From Takakia lepidozioides (taxonomy: Eukaryota > Plantae > Bryophyta): a stretch of 64,000 nucleotides of DNA. The position numbers and the translations under genes are program-made. The notes beneath the pieces were generated by a model. The model searched no databases. It had not been told where the DNA came from and saw nothing but the letters and a program-made list of their open reading frames with translations. How positions within the stretch are numbered: the first letter of the stretch is position 1; every line of letters begins with the position of its first letter. Shown here piece by piece: positions 1-12,730 of the stretch. The stretch spans positions 64,914,001 through 64,978,000 of the forward strand of contig CM060732.1 of the NCBI GenBank assembly GCA_030704615.1, given 5' to 3'.

Positions 1-452
1 AACTTTATCAACTTCATGGTGGTATAAGCATCGCTTCAGCACTCCATCTGGTCCTAGCTTATACATTCTGCTTCCTACCATAGTGTAAGGTAAAGCCTTG
101 ATAGCAATTCTCTTTCTCTGCTCCTTCCCATAACTTGGTGGACATTGACCATGAGTAAGATAGTATCTGATTGGCCATTGCCAATCTAACCAATCATCTG
201 CACTTCCCTGCACCTCCACGGCAAATAAGCTCGCATCTGGTAATTGATCATCTACTCCTGTGGCTGGTTCACCTGTTGATAACCGTGACAAGTGGTCCGC
301 CACAAGATGCAGCCTCCCAGGCTTGTAAACAACCTCAAACTCAAATTCGTGTAAGATTATCAACCATCTTGCTATTCTTCCGCTTATCAGAGGTTTGTTT
401 ACCAAGTATATCAAAGCCTGGTGATCCACATAGAACATAAACTTCTTACCCA
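1..452 (-). pseudogene. pol: pol fragment (RNase H end to integrase N-terminus) of copy L
   Basis: Collinear with 13921-14370 and 23990-24441 (FMFYVDHQALIYLVNKPLISGRIARW...CLYHHEV). Confidence 0.9.
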
Positions 453-952
453 NNNNNNNNNNNNNNNNNNNNNNNNNNNNNNNNNNNNNNNNNNNNNNNN
501 NNNNNNNNNNNNNNNNNNNNNNNNNNNNNNNNNNNNNNNNNNNNNNNNNNNNNNNNNNNNNNNNNNNNNNNNNNNNNNNNNNNNNNNNNNNNNNNNNNNN
601 NNNNNNNNNNNNNNNNNNNNNNNNNNNNNNNNNNNNNNNNNNNNNNNNNNNNNNNNNNNNNNNNNNNNNNNNNNNNNNNNNNNNNNNNNNNNNNNNNNNN
701 NNNNNNNNNNNNNNNNNNNNNNNNNNNNNNNNNNNNNNNNNNNNNNNNNNNNNNNNNNNNNNNNNNNNNNNNNNNNNNNNNNNNNNNNNNNNNNNNNNNN
801 NNNNNNNNNNNNNNNNNNNNNNNNNNNNNNNNNNNNNNNNNNNNNNNNNNNNNNNNNNNNNNNNNNNNNNNNNNNNNNNNNNNNNNNNNNNNNNNNNNNN
901 NNNNNNNNNNNNNNNNNNNNNNNNNNNNNNNNNNNNNNNNNNNNNNNNNNNN
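453..952. other. Assembly gap (500 N)
   Basis: Run of N. The equivalent interval in copy E1 (~14370-17410) is ~3 kb. Confidence 0.99.
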
Positions 953-2371
953 CTAATCTCTTCTCATAATTTTCCCTCTTCATCTTTTCCTTCTTTTTAC
1001 TCTTCTTCTTATGCTCCATCTCCTCTTCTTCTTCTGACTCATCCTCAGAGTCCTCTTCATCTCTTTTCTCCTTCCTGAGCATTCCCAACTGCTCAATTCT
1101 GTTTGCGGTTTCAAATGCCTCCTCCACTGTATTGTGGGGTAACATGTCTACTTTCTTTTGCAACTCTGGCCTTAGTCCATTCACAAACCAAGCCTTCTGC
1201 AATCCTGGTGCTGGTATAGCAGCCAACTTTTTCATCATCAACTCCATTTTCTCCATATACTCTTCAACAGTTTCATGCTTCTTCTGCTTCAGCTGCTGTA
1301 AACTCCCATACACTTCATCCTCAGTTTTACTGGTCCTGAACCTATTTCGGAACGTTGTACTCAAGCCATTCCAGGTTAGGAAATGATTATCAGGGAATCT
1401 TGCATACCATTCACTGGCTTTCTTTATAAGTGAACACGGAAACAGTCTCATCTTGGCATCATCGCCATTCTCATTGTTCACTATACACATGTGCTCAAAT
1501 TGGCTAATGTGTACATCGGGATCCCCTTTCCCTGAATATATCGGAAAAGGTGGTTTAGCCCGTGTTGGTTGTAACGCCATCTGCGACCCTACACTCTGCC
1601 CCCTGACAGTTGTTGGCCTTTTGGCTGATGCTGGTCCTTGTGGACCTGTAGTATTTGTGGTGGTTCTTCCACCAATTACTGGCCCCTGAACCCTTCCTGT
1701 TCCTGGCCTTTCTATATTCACAGTATTCCCAGCCTCAGTTGCACTACTTTCCACACTCCCTGTCCCCCCAGAGCCAGATCTAGGTCTTTCGCCTGATCCC
1801 TCTGAGCCGACACCTTCGTTGGCCTGTGATCCAAGTGCTCCACTTGATCCAGGTCCAACGGGTTGGGATGTCCTGGTTGTAGTCTCAACCTCAGCTGCTG
1901 GGTCTACTTCTTCATATTCCTCATCTTCCAATTTCTTTCCTTGGTTTTCTTCTTCTTCACTCATGTAACTATTTTGTAATAATGTTGGAGAGTTTGAACT
2001 CTCCGCTGGTTCTGCATCCTCCTCTTCTGCTCCCGAAACTGGAGTTCCTGCTCTTGGTGTTCTATGCCAACTCTTATCAAGATTTCTGCCAAATCTTTTA
2101 TCCAGGGATGTACCTCAGATCTTTCACCTCGTGGTTGATCTTCTTCCTCTGCCAAGTCCCTTAATCTTTCTTGCAAAGAAAAAGAAGGTGTGGTATCCAA
2201 CTCTAGCTCCTCTGGTATAGGTGATGTACTCCCTGATCTCAATGGTGTGAGAGGTCCAGATGATTCCCCAATGTCTATTCCTCTCTCCCACAGGTATGGA
2301 TAATGAGCTTTCAGATAACTTTCTCTTTTTGCTAAATATCTTTGGAGTCTAGCTTCTTTTTCATCACTCAT
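953..2371 (-). CDS. gag: Gag N-terminal region and capsid (retrotransposon gag domain), 1-bp frameshift near 2080
   Basis: ORFs 1961-2371 and 411-1964 (YSGKGDPDVHISQFE...AKMRLFPCSL...WFVNGLRPEL). The two parts are in one frame in copy E2. Confidence 0.85.
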
Positions 2372-2392
2372 GTCCCATATCTTTCATTTCTT

Positions 2393-3088
2393 TTAGTGTG
2401 GCAACAACCAAAATTCTCTCTTGTAGTATCTCTCATATATGCCTGGGTTTCTTTCCAGCTTCAATGTACCTCTGGCTATACTGGAAGTCTCCGTTACCAT
2501 ATAACCATATGGTAAACAAGTCTGAAAAGCTGTTCTTGGTGTAAGTTTGATCCACAAGATATCCTTTGGAATCCAATTCTTTACCAATACAAGCTCCTCA
2601 TGCATATGAGTGTAAACATTCACTTTCCTTTCCTCCCAGCTTTCAAACTCTACCCGCTTAATAGATAGTAAGGCTATCACATAAACCAATGTTGGTAATC
2701 ACCGTGCTCTTCCTCTACAGGCTACCTGATAAATCTTTATCACTCCTTTCTCCAGACCCCATTCCGGATCAGCATCATGCACTCGCTTAAGAATATTTTC
2801 TTTACAACCGTCTGGCAATTCCAAGAACCTTTGAAAGAATTGTTTGGACAATCTTTCTTCCTTCGTTCCACAGGGAATTTGATTCACTTCAAATTCTTTA
2901 ATCCTCCAACCACCATGATCCCACCAGATGCCTGTCACATCTGGTTGTTCATGACTCAGTTCCCCAGTATGGTCGCCAAATGTCGCGCGGCTTTTACTCA
3001 CCCATCCCTTCGCTATCCGAGGGGGGAACTCCAAGATAGAAGAGTTGGATATCTCTAAGCATTCAGCCCGCGTGAAACAATCAGCCAT
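2393..3088 (-). pseudogene. Family A extra 5' ORF (eORF1, ~231 aa, unknown function), internal stop at 2699-2701
   Basis: ORFs 2699-3088 and 2393-2689 together match the intact ORF 18867-19559. Confidence 0.8.
2961..2978 (-). promoter_or_regulatory. Primer binding site TGGCGACCATACTGGGGA (tRNA-Arg-like)
   Basis: 2 nt from the LTR CA end; TGG start; resembles the complement of plant tRNA-Arg 3' ends; also at 19435-19452 and 33856-33873. Confidence 0.8.
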
Positions 3089-3891
3089 GACCTGCAGCTA
3101 GTGAATCATTGTTGGGTTTCCAATTATATTCCTTATCAGTTTATATTCCCTGTTTATCATGACCAGGTATCTTTTTAAGCGTCAGATTGCTTCTTGGCCC
3201 CCTGATTTCATTCATACACAGCTTCACTCAAGTCTCTCAACACAAGGTGTTTGTATCGGATGAGAATCAGATTAATCATAATCGGATACATGCTGATGTC
3301 CTAACTTCTCTAATCTATCCCTCTAAGTAATCCTCCATCTCGTACTAACTCTGTCCTATAGTATCTCCTTCCTCCTCGCCAGCTTCCCTTCCTTCGATCT
3401 TAGTCCTTCCCCAGGAGTGATCTCCGTGGCTAAAGTCCCCCATCAATGATCTCCATCCCCAAAAAGTGTCCTCTCCCCTCTCCGCTGCCCGTTTTATCTC
3501 CTTCCCCCCTGTTCTAACTGTTTTCCTTCACTAACCGTCCTCCGTGAATTACATGTTCCCCGGCAGATGTTGTTCCCCACAGTCGTTCCCTGTCATGATA
3601 ACCGTTCCTACGACTGTGACAGCTGTGACTGACTGTGCGACTGTGTCAGACTGTGACGGCTGTTTCGGGCTGTGACGGGCTGTGACTGTGTCGGTGTGTG
3701 TATGGCTGTGACGGGCTGTGACTGTGTCAGGCTGTGTATGGCTGTGACGGTCTGTGACTGTGTCGGCTGTGACTGGCTGTGACGGGCTATCTCAAAAATT
3801 TAAGGGTACCCCTCAGAACCCATAGAAGTGTCTAAGTCCCAGACTCCACAGAACCCATAAAAATGCCTAAGTCCCAGACTGCCTCCTAACT
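2981..3891 (-). repeat. 5' LTR of copy L (sub-variant b), with GGCTGTGAC-type minisatellite
   Basis: Starts TGTCGCGCGG on + strand; highly similar to 53540-54325 plus 61168-61227. Confidence 0.85.
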
Positions 3892-4107
3892 CTGTGAGGG
3901 GCTGTGACTGGCTGTGCGACTGTGTCAGGCTGTGACGGGCTGTGGTTGGCTGTGACTGGCTGTGACAGGTTTATGCAAAAATTAAGGGTACCCCACAGAT
4001 CCCCTGTAAATGTGTCTAAGTCCCTCAATATGTCTAAGTCCCACAGTATGTGTAAGTCCCACAGATCCCCTGTGCTTGTGTCTAAGTCCCCAAACAGCCT
4101 CCTAACA

Positions 4108-4124
4108 TTACCCCTTCCCCTCTC
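4108..4124 (-). promoter_or_regulatory. Polypurine tract GAGAGGGGAAGGGGTAA
   Basis: Abuts the LTR TG start on the minus strand; identical at 8157-8173 and 61228-61244. Confidence 0.9.
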
Positions 4125-7100
4125 AAAAAGCCGTGTCCTCACGGTTTCTCCTTTGGATCAGCAACCCTTTTTGAACGAACACCTTTCTGCTGTTGAGAAC
4201 TCCTTGGAGGGCTCTGTGTACGGGCCCGAGATCTATGACTGCTTGATGGAGAAGCTTGAGCTGTACCTGAAACTGATTTTGTGCCCCTTCATGGAACAGG
4301 CGGTAATGGTTCAGGTGTAGGAGATGCTCGTCGTCTTCTGTCCATTCTTGCATGTTCATATTCTTCCCATACGTCAAAGGTTTTCTCTGAAGATTCCTCT
4401 GTAGTGTCCGAATCATCCTCAACCCTGTTGTTTTTTGGTTTTCGCATCTTCTTTGGTTTCTGAGGAATGATAATTGGCATGCAGTGTTGGCCCACCATGT
4501 CTGGAAGTTTACCATTCATGACTTGTCGCAAGCGGTCACAAGCCATGTTAGTGAACAACCTCAATTCCTTGTCCGTGTATAGGAGAGGCGATCCGACCAC
4601 TTGAGCAGTGTGTAAGTACCTCCAGGCTGCTTGGCCCTTAGCAAAAATATCTTTGAATCCGAATTTTTCGTTGGCCAAGATGTTCCAGGCCAAGTTAAAC
4701 CATGACCGGAGTTGTGAATCATTCTGCAACATGGTTTTTACATCATATAGATACGTATGATGTGGCACCACAGGTAAGGTCCAATGATCTGTAGTGGAAT
4801 AAGTCAGAAATCTGCTTTGCATTTTCTGCTGTTCAACGTGTTAACGCGCAATGAAACAAGCAGTGTAATACACTCCACAGCCCATGACTAAACTGGCCAC
4901 CTCCTTGGTCTTGGTGTGGATGTGCCCGTGAACGACTTGGAAGGCAATTAATTCCCTCAACATGGTGCCTGCCTCAGACCAGTATCTGGCAAAATGATGA
5001 TCTTCAATGAACTGATTTATCTCAAGAACCTTAGTCCGAGTTGCCACTAGCAACCATATGCGCATAATTTGATAGTAGTGTGTGAATGACAGTGGAGGAC
5101 TGAATTCCTTCCAGGCCAAATCCAAGACACTAGGAATCTCATTGAATGGCATGATCATAGCTCGATTGTATTCACGTGCAGCATGAGTTCTTGGTGGGTT
5201 GAAAGCAGCATCTCCCCATACCTCAGGCTGTGTCAGCTGTGTTGTAGTAACAGGTTCAGTGACCTGCACAACCCCTTGCTGTGATACTGGTGCTACTGGT
5301 CCCCCCACCATTGGTGCCTCCTGCACTTCTCTGCAAGAAGATTGGAAAATTAAAGCTCGGGCCTTCAAGTAATCTTCCATTAGATGTTCTTCAGGAATCC
5401 TGAGTCTCTTGTCAATGTTTGCACTCAATTCCTCTACTTGTGTCTGCAGTGTATCCACATCTTCTTGTAGCTCTCCTATCCTACTATAGACATTGTCTAT
5501 AGTAGTGGTTGCAATATTCCGCACTTGTAACCTGAGGTCATTCATCTTCCCCTGGGTGAGCTTTCTTGGTGCCTTCCCTTCTACTGGCCCTTGTGCTAAC
5601 CAGACCTTCATGAGGTGCTCATCCACCCTGGCTTGTGTAGCAGTCCTGAGATTCTGCTCCTCCTGGAGTTGGTAGGTACTTAACTGCTGTTGCAACCCTT
5701 GCATGCGCTTTGTATGAGGTTCAACTAGGCTCGCATAACCAACAGCCAGATTGTTGGCTTCCTTCCCTGCCTTGTTAGCCACCGTGAGTTGATTCCTACT
5801 TGCCACCAGTGACTGTTGTAACTCTACAATGTACTTCTCCTGGTTAGCCTCAACCTGTTTGTACTGCTGCAATGTACTCTCGTTGTGACGTCATGTATTC
5901 TTCAAGTCAACAATGGCCTTGGCTTTCTCCATTACCTCCCTTTCTGCTATTATACATCTCTCCCCCTGTTGGTTGGCTGGGGTTGTGGCTTGCTCTAGGA
6001 CAGTCGTGAGTGTAGCACATTGCACTTCCATCTTCCTATGTTCTGCCTGTAACCCTGCATGTTGTTCCTTCATGGCTTGTATCTCATCCTCATGCTTAGA
6101 CTACAATTGAAATAATTGCTGCCTATGTGTCTCTTGTAAGTGGTCATACTCTAGACCCCCCTCAACTAATTGCTCCTTGGCAAATTGCAAAGCATCCTTT
6201 GTTTCCCTCAACTCATGTTGTAACTTAAGATGAACCTCCTCATCAATTTTGTTTACACACTGAGTGGCCAGCCGAGCTTCAAACTCTTTTCTGAGCTCCT
6301 CCTTCACAGCTGCCAACTGAGTTAACGGAACATGGGATTTTACATATGTTCCTAACAAATTCAGGGTTCTGTTTATGGAATTCATAAGCATAGCCTGTTG
6401 AGGGTCCTCATGGTGATTGTGAGACTGTTCACCCACATCTTCCCTAGGATGATGCCTCACAAACCACTCAGGCCATTGCTCCACTAGATCTTCATTCTCA
6501 ACTCCCTTCTCCTTCACAGGTGCTGCTGTGTCCTGTTGTTCTACCTCTGGGACCTCCTCCTCCATAGGTGTAGGCAATACAGGCACATTAGGGCTTTCCC
6601 TTGGCAGACTTTGCACTCCTGGTACCCCTGTTTCCCTGCCCAAACTAGAGTTTTCATAGAGAAGGTCTCCCTTCTCAATGTCTGCCACCACCTGTTCTGT
6701 AGTGGGTATATCTAACTCTTCTTCCTCCAAATCAATAATCTCTGGTGGAACTGCATGGACAACTTTGGGTAATTTTGAGACATGCCGCTCATCCGTCTGT
6801 GATGGCTGTGCTTCTGAAGTAACTTCCTGTTCTCTCTCCACAGGTTGTTCTGCTTGTACCCACATCTCTCTGTGTTGCTGTGCCCCTTCTTGCACAAAAG
6901 TATGAGTAACTTCTTCATCTGGCTGTCTCGTAGCCAATGGTTCTACTTCCAATGTGATTCCCTTCCTCTGCCTCTTAGGTTGTTGATGTTCTACCAATCC
7001 CCCTTCACCCTGCGAAGAACCTTGCTCTTCTATGGTGGTGGTTGTTATCTCAAACACTCCCATTTCCTTCCTTTCTCTTGCATCCAGTATGCACGAGTCT

Positions 7101-7216
7101 AGGATAATTTGTGCAATGATTGGCCCAGACACTATGATAGGAGATTTAGCAGCAGTTCCCTGCAATCTTTTCATCTCCTCTACCAATCCGTTGTACATGA
7201 CGTCCGCCCATGCTAC
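4123..7216 (-). pseudogene. C-terminal part of family A 3' extension ORF (acidic region, coiled coil, conserved aromatic domain), several stops
   Basis: ORF pieces 6101-7324, 5891-6073, 4841-5872 and 4289-4822 align with 8195-12240. Confidence 0.85.
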
Positions 7217-8156
7217 TGTCGCGGGGCTTTTACTCACCCATCCCTTCGCTATCCGAGGCGGAAACTCCAAGATAGAAGAGTTGGAAATCTCTAAGTACTC
7301 AGCCCGCTCAGAACAATCAGTCATGACCTACAGCTAGTGTATCATGGGGGTGTTTCCTATTTGTTTTCCTTCCCGCATTCATGTTAGCTACCTTACTATT
7401 GATAATTAAGTATCAGTTTGCTTCATCAATCTATCGGATTCCATCAACTCATCCATTCATTCCACAGCTTCACTCAGATCTCTCTACACAGTGTGAGTAT
7501 GAAGTGTGTATCAGATTAATATCTATCAAGTATCAGGCTGAAGTCATGGTGTCTCTAATCTACTCTACATTACAATTCTATAGCTTGCTTCCATTAAGTA
7601 ACAACAGATCGTCACTTCTCCTACTCCGTGCTCTTCATCTTTCCACTCAGAGATGTGCTCTCCCTCCTATTTCCAAGCCCTGATGCCAGAAGTCCCCCAC
7701 CCAGAAGCGATCTCCCCCTCCATCGATCCTCTTTTAGTCCTTGCTCCTAGTTTTATCTTCCTACCCGTTGTTCTAACCGTTTCCCTCACTAACCGTCGTC
7801 CGTGAACTAACATGTTCCATTCGCAGGTGTTGTTCCCCACAATCGTTCCCTGTCCTACTATCCGTTCCCTATGGTCGTGACAGCTGTGTCAAGCTGTGAC
7901 TGGCTGTGTGAAACTGTGACGAGCTGTGACCGGCTGTGTCGGGCTGTGTCTGGCTGTGTGGCTGTGTCGGCTGTGACGGGCTGTGTTGGCTGTGATGGGC
8001 TGTGTCGGGCTGTGTTGGCTGCGACGGGCTGTGTAACCCCCCTTTAAAGTGCGTGGCTGTCACCCCTAAGGCTCCTATTGGTCTCAGTCTGTGCAAAAAT
8101 TAAGGGTACCCCACAGATCCCGTATAAGTGTCTAAGTCCCAGACAAACCTCTAACA
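7217..8156 (-). repeat. 3' LTR of E1
   Basis: TGTCGCG...CTAACA followed by the PPT; matches 19455-19587 plus 20619-21500. Confidence 0.95.
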
Positions 8157-8194
8157 TTACCCCTTCCCCTCTCAAAAAGCCGTGTCCTCACGGT

Positions 8195-11100
8195 TTACTG
8201 ATTGTGATTAGCAAACCTTTGTGAGTGAGCACATTTCTGACGTTGAGAGTTTCGTGGCGGACTGTGTGTACGAGCCTGAGGTCTGTCACTGGTTGACGGA
8301 GATGATTGAACACTACCCGGATAAGTGATTCCCTCTGGAGGCTGATATCGAGGTAACCTTTCAGGCATAGGAGACCCCCGTCGCTTCTTCTCTGCCATCT
8401 GAATTGCATAGTCTTCTCCCATGTCAAAAGAATCCGCTGAAGAAACAGTTGTATCAGAATCCTGATCCTCTCAGGTGTTTTAATTGTCGAACTTTTTGTG
8501 GAATCCTCTGGGGCATACAATGTTGTCCTACCATGTCTGGAAGTTTATATTTCAAAACTTGCTGTAAACGCTGAACGGCAAAATTGGTGAAGACACTGAG
8601 CTCCTTGTCTGTCCAAGTGAGTGGGGTACCAATGACTTGTGAATTGTGCAAGTATTTCCATGCCACATGTCCCTTATAGAAAATATCATCAATGCCAAAT
8701 TTCTGTGTTGACAAATTGTTCCAGGCCGCATGAAACCATGAACGAATTTGAGAATCCTTTTGCATCATAACTTTTGCCTCATATAGGTACATATGAGGTG
8801 GCACTGAAGGTAAGACCCAATGATCCCCACTGGAATAACTCAGAAAGCGCGATTGCATCTTTTGCTGCTCAATGTGATAACGTACCAGAAAACAAGTAGC
8901 GTAGTATAACCCACATCCCATGACAATACTTGCTACCTCCTTGGTCTTGGTATAAATGAATCCATGTACAATTTGGAAGGCAATTAATTCCCTCAACATT
9001 GTACCTGCCTCATGCCAGTATTGTGCAAAGTGATGATCCTCAATTGGTCGATTGTTCGGAAGAACTTTAGTCCTAGTTGCCACTGGCAGCCAAATGCGCA
9101 TGATTTGGTAGTAATGTGCCAATGACTGCGGAGGACTAAATTCTTTCCAAGCCAAATCCAACATGATGGGAATTTGGTTGAAGGGCATAATCATAGCCCT
9201 ACTGTACTCCCTTGCAGCTGGAGTTTTAGGTGGGTTAAAAGCAGCATTGCCCCATACCTCAGACTATGGTGGCTGTGGTGTGGTTGTAGAAACAACAGGG
9301 TTAGGTACTGGCACAGTGACTTGTTGTGGTGTTGGTGGCACTGGCTCCTGTATCATTGGCATCTCCTGCACCTCCTGTGAAGAAGACTGAAAAGCCAAAG
9401 TTCTGGCATGTAAATACGAAGCCATTAGCTGTTCCTCAAGTATATAGACTCTTTTGTCGATATTTGAAGTGAGGTCCTCCACTTGAGTCTGCAGTCCGTC
9501 TACATCCTCCTGTAACTCCGCTATCCTACTATAGACATTGTCTATAGTAGTTGTGGCAATGTTCTGCACTTGCAGTCTGAGCTCATTCATCTTCGCTTTG
9601 GGTGAGCTTTCGTGGTGCTTTGCCCTCCACTGGCCCTTGTGCTAACCAGACCTGCATAAGTTGGTTATCCACCAAGTTGCTTGTGGTTCCTCTGAGAGTG
9701 TGCTCCTCTCTTAGTTTGTACACGTCTAATTGCTGTTGTAAAGCCTCCATGCGCTTCGCATGAGGTTCAACCAAATTTGCATAGGCAGCAAGTAGATTAT
9801 TGGCTTCCTTCCGAGCCTTGTTAGTGACCGAGATTTCATTTCTATTGGCCATGATCGTTTGTTGCAACTCCAGGATGTGCCTCTCTTGATCAGCTTCAAT
9901 CTGCCTGTATTGCTTGAAAGTATCCTCATTGCGACAGATTGTATTCTTCATATCGACAATGAGTTTCATTTGCTCAACATTCTCTTCCTCTGTCTTCATA
10001 CATTTTTCCGCTTGACTGTTTATTTCTTTTGTAGATTGGTCAAGCATAGTTGTGAGTGTAGCACATTGTATGGCCATCCTGTCATGCACTGTCTGCAACT
10101 CCGTATGTAGTGCATTCACTTCTTGCAACTTGCTTTCATGCTTCACCTGCATTTGGTATAGCTGTTGCTTATGTGCTTCGTGCAATTGGTCTTGCGCGAG
10201 GCCTGCCTCAATCAATTGTTCCTTGGCCAATTGCAAAGCCGCTTCTGTATTCTCCAAGTCTTGCTGCATCTTGAGAGTGACCTCTTCATCGACCTTGTTT
10301 GCACACTCAGTGGCTAGTCGAGCCTCAAACTCCTTCCTGAGTTCCTCTCTCATGGCTGTCAATTGGGTAGTTGGAACATGGGATTTGACATAAGTCCCCA
10401 ACAAATTAAGTGTCCTGCCTATGGAACTCATAAGCATTGCCTGTTGAGGGTCATCATGGTGAGCTTGCTGCTGTTCTCCCTGATCCTCAACAGTGTGATG
10501 TCTCACGAACCACTCAGGCCATTGTCCCACCAGATTTTCTTCCTGAACCACTTCATCCATCACTGGTGCTGCAGTGTCTTGACATTCTACCTGTGGTACC
10601 TCCGACACAGGTGTGTGTATTATATGCACATCAGGATTTCCCTTGGGCAACTGTTGCACCTCTGGAATCTCTGTCTCGTTGACCAGACCAGAATATTCAT
10701 AGAGAAGGTCCCCCTTCTCAATTTCTGCCACTATCTGTTCTGTAGTTGGAATATCTAACCCTTCTTTTTCCAAATCAATTATTTCTGGTTGAGCTGCATG
10801 GACAACTTGTAACCTTGTGACAAGCTGATCAGCTGGCTGTGATGGTTGTGATACTGAAGTAACTTCCTCCTCCCTCTCTGAAGGTCCTGCTTCCAGTAAT
10901 AGCATTTCTCTGTGCTGTTGTGCCATTTCCTGCACATGAGCTTGGGAAACATTATCATGCGGAATCCGTGAAGCCAGTGGATCCGCCACTACAGTCTTTC
11001 CCCGCCTCTGTCTCTTATTCTCGGGTTGCCCTGCCAGTCCACCCTCACTGTGTGAAGAGCCTTGCTCTTCCATTGCAGTGGTTTCTGGCTCAAACACTCC

Positions 11101-12378
11101 CATCTCCTTTCTTTCTCGAGCATCAAGGATGCCAGAATCAAGAATTATTTGAGCAATGATTGGGCCAGACACTATGATAGGAGACTTTGCGGCAGTACCC
11201 TGTAATCTTTTCATTTCCTCTACCAGTGCGTTGTACATTATGTCCGCCCATTCCACTTCTTCTCCTCTCAGAGCTTTGAGTATTTCCTCTGTGAAGGATC
11301 TGCTCAAATACTGTTGGTTCTGTTTCATGGCAAACAGAACGTTCAATACCTGGCCTACCTCCTTTAGCCCTGGGTACACGGCCTTGGTACAAGCATAACC
11401 CTGAGTTTTAAAGAAACTCCCTTCTTGGAATAAGTCCCCTATTTGCAGTCTTGCCCTGTGCCCTCCCATGCACTGACATGCTGGCAATTGAAACAATTGC
11501 TGTAGGTATAGGGGAGTAATTAATAATTCAACTCCCTTCACCGTTGTTGCTCCTGTCCTTGGCTCAAAGTTCTGTAAGAATTGTAACATGTATTGTCTAT
11601 GGTGCAATGTCCAATCTTTGCTTTGCAATCCTTGCAATCTCAGCTCCTTCAGTATCTGTATCGCCTGTGGGGTAGCAATTGTTTGTTTCTGCAGAATGGT
11701 GGTGCTCTTCACCCTGATTTCCTCCATTCCTCTCACTCTCCTCATTGTAGACCCACATAAATGTTTTGGCTGTAACAATTGAAGAAATGCTTGTAGTGCA
11801 CAAAGCATAAACGTATGGTTGCCACAAAAAGCTATGGGTAATTTCTTGTAAGCCTGCGGGGCTTGCAAGCATCGCTCAAGAGAAAAGATCCGTTCTGTTC
11901 TTTCGTCCCTATGCCACTGCGTAAGTAGTATTGCAAGTGTATAGTCTGTTAGTTCCTCCATAGCTTCAAAGCTATAGCATTGATGGTCTGTCCCGTTAAG
12001 ACGCCCGTTACTTAAAACGACGCCGACTCTTGCGCTTAATTTCCCTCCAATTTCTTGATCCCTTCTCTGGCTTTCTATTGGCTGTAACCGCTGTGATCGG
12101 ATTTTAAATTTAATTTTCTTTAGTGGACTTTCCTTGCTGGATTGTCCACTAGGATCACACATGTGACAAGAATTTCGCTTTTCTGTACTTGCCGTTTGTC
12201 CGTTCCCTTTTCCGTATTCATTAATGGGCCCGCCATTCATCCGAATTGACGCGCTAAGTAGGTACTTTGACGGCCATTCTTGTCCTCTTTCTTGATGACA
12301 CCTGTTCTTGCACTTCCTTCTCAGCTGTGTGTCGCGCCATGACTTCCACGTGTCTATTTTTAAACTGGTTTCCGTCCT
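8195..12378 (-). CDS. Family A 3' extension ORF (~1,400 codons, a few frameshifts/stops); unknown function, long predicted coiled coil
   Basis: ORFs 9583-12240 (885 aa), 9264-9590, 8454-9194 and 8195-8422; protein sequence conserved in E0 and E3. Confidence 0.8.
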
Positions 12379-12454
12379 TTATTCCGTCGGCCATTTTCCT
12401 GAAGTTATTGTGCGTCCACCTGTCATTGATTCTATGGATTGTGTAACCCTAGTA

Positions 12455-12730
12455 GGCTGTGTTGAGCTGTGACAGGCTGTGTCATACTGTGGACGCTGTG
12501 ATAGGCTGTGAGCACTGTGGTAAGCTGTGATAGGCTGTGTGACACGCTGTGGTAGGTTGTGATAGGCTGTGTTGCGCCGTGCTGGGCTGTGATAGGCTGT
12601 GTTTCGTCGTGTGGGCTGTGATAGGGCTGTGTCAAGTCGTGATGGGCTGTGATAGGCTGTGTTTCGTCCTTGATGGGCTATGATAGGCTGTGTCACGTCG
12701 TGATGGGCTGTGATAGGCTGTGTCACGCTT
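12455..12730. repeat. Internal ~30-bp minisatellite (GGGCTGTGATAGGCTGTG core) between integrase and the 3' ORF
   Basis: Tandem units visible; same core as the LTR minisatellite; counterpart at 22555-22800. Confidence 0.9.

Larger units (their letters stand above)
1..3891 (-). mobile_element. Ty3/gypsy family A, copy L (5' part; continues beyond left edge), apparently inserted into the 3' LTR of copy E0
   Basis: RNase H/integrase-linker sequence at 1-452, gag, extra ORF, PBS, and LTR 2981-3891. The LTR ends ...CTCCTAACT (CA end degenerate) and is followed by further LTR repeat sequence. Confidence 0.85.

Noticed and set aside
1961-1964. ATGA stop/start overlap suggesting termination-reinitiation between a 136-aa ORF and gag
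   Set aside because: In E2 the same sequence is in frame with gag (…LQLSYMSEEE). L and E1 have different private 1-bp indels, so the small ORF is the Gag N-terminus.
2981-4107. Single LTR shared by two tandem elements (PBS on one side, PPT on the other)
   Set aside because: A complete LTR end occurs at ~3891, followed by a second partial LTR. Nested insertion of L into E0's LTR is simpler, although the confirming TSD lies outside the window.
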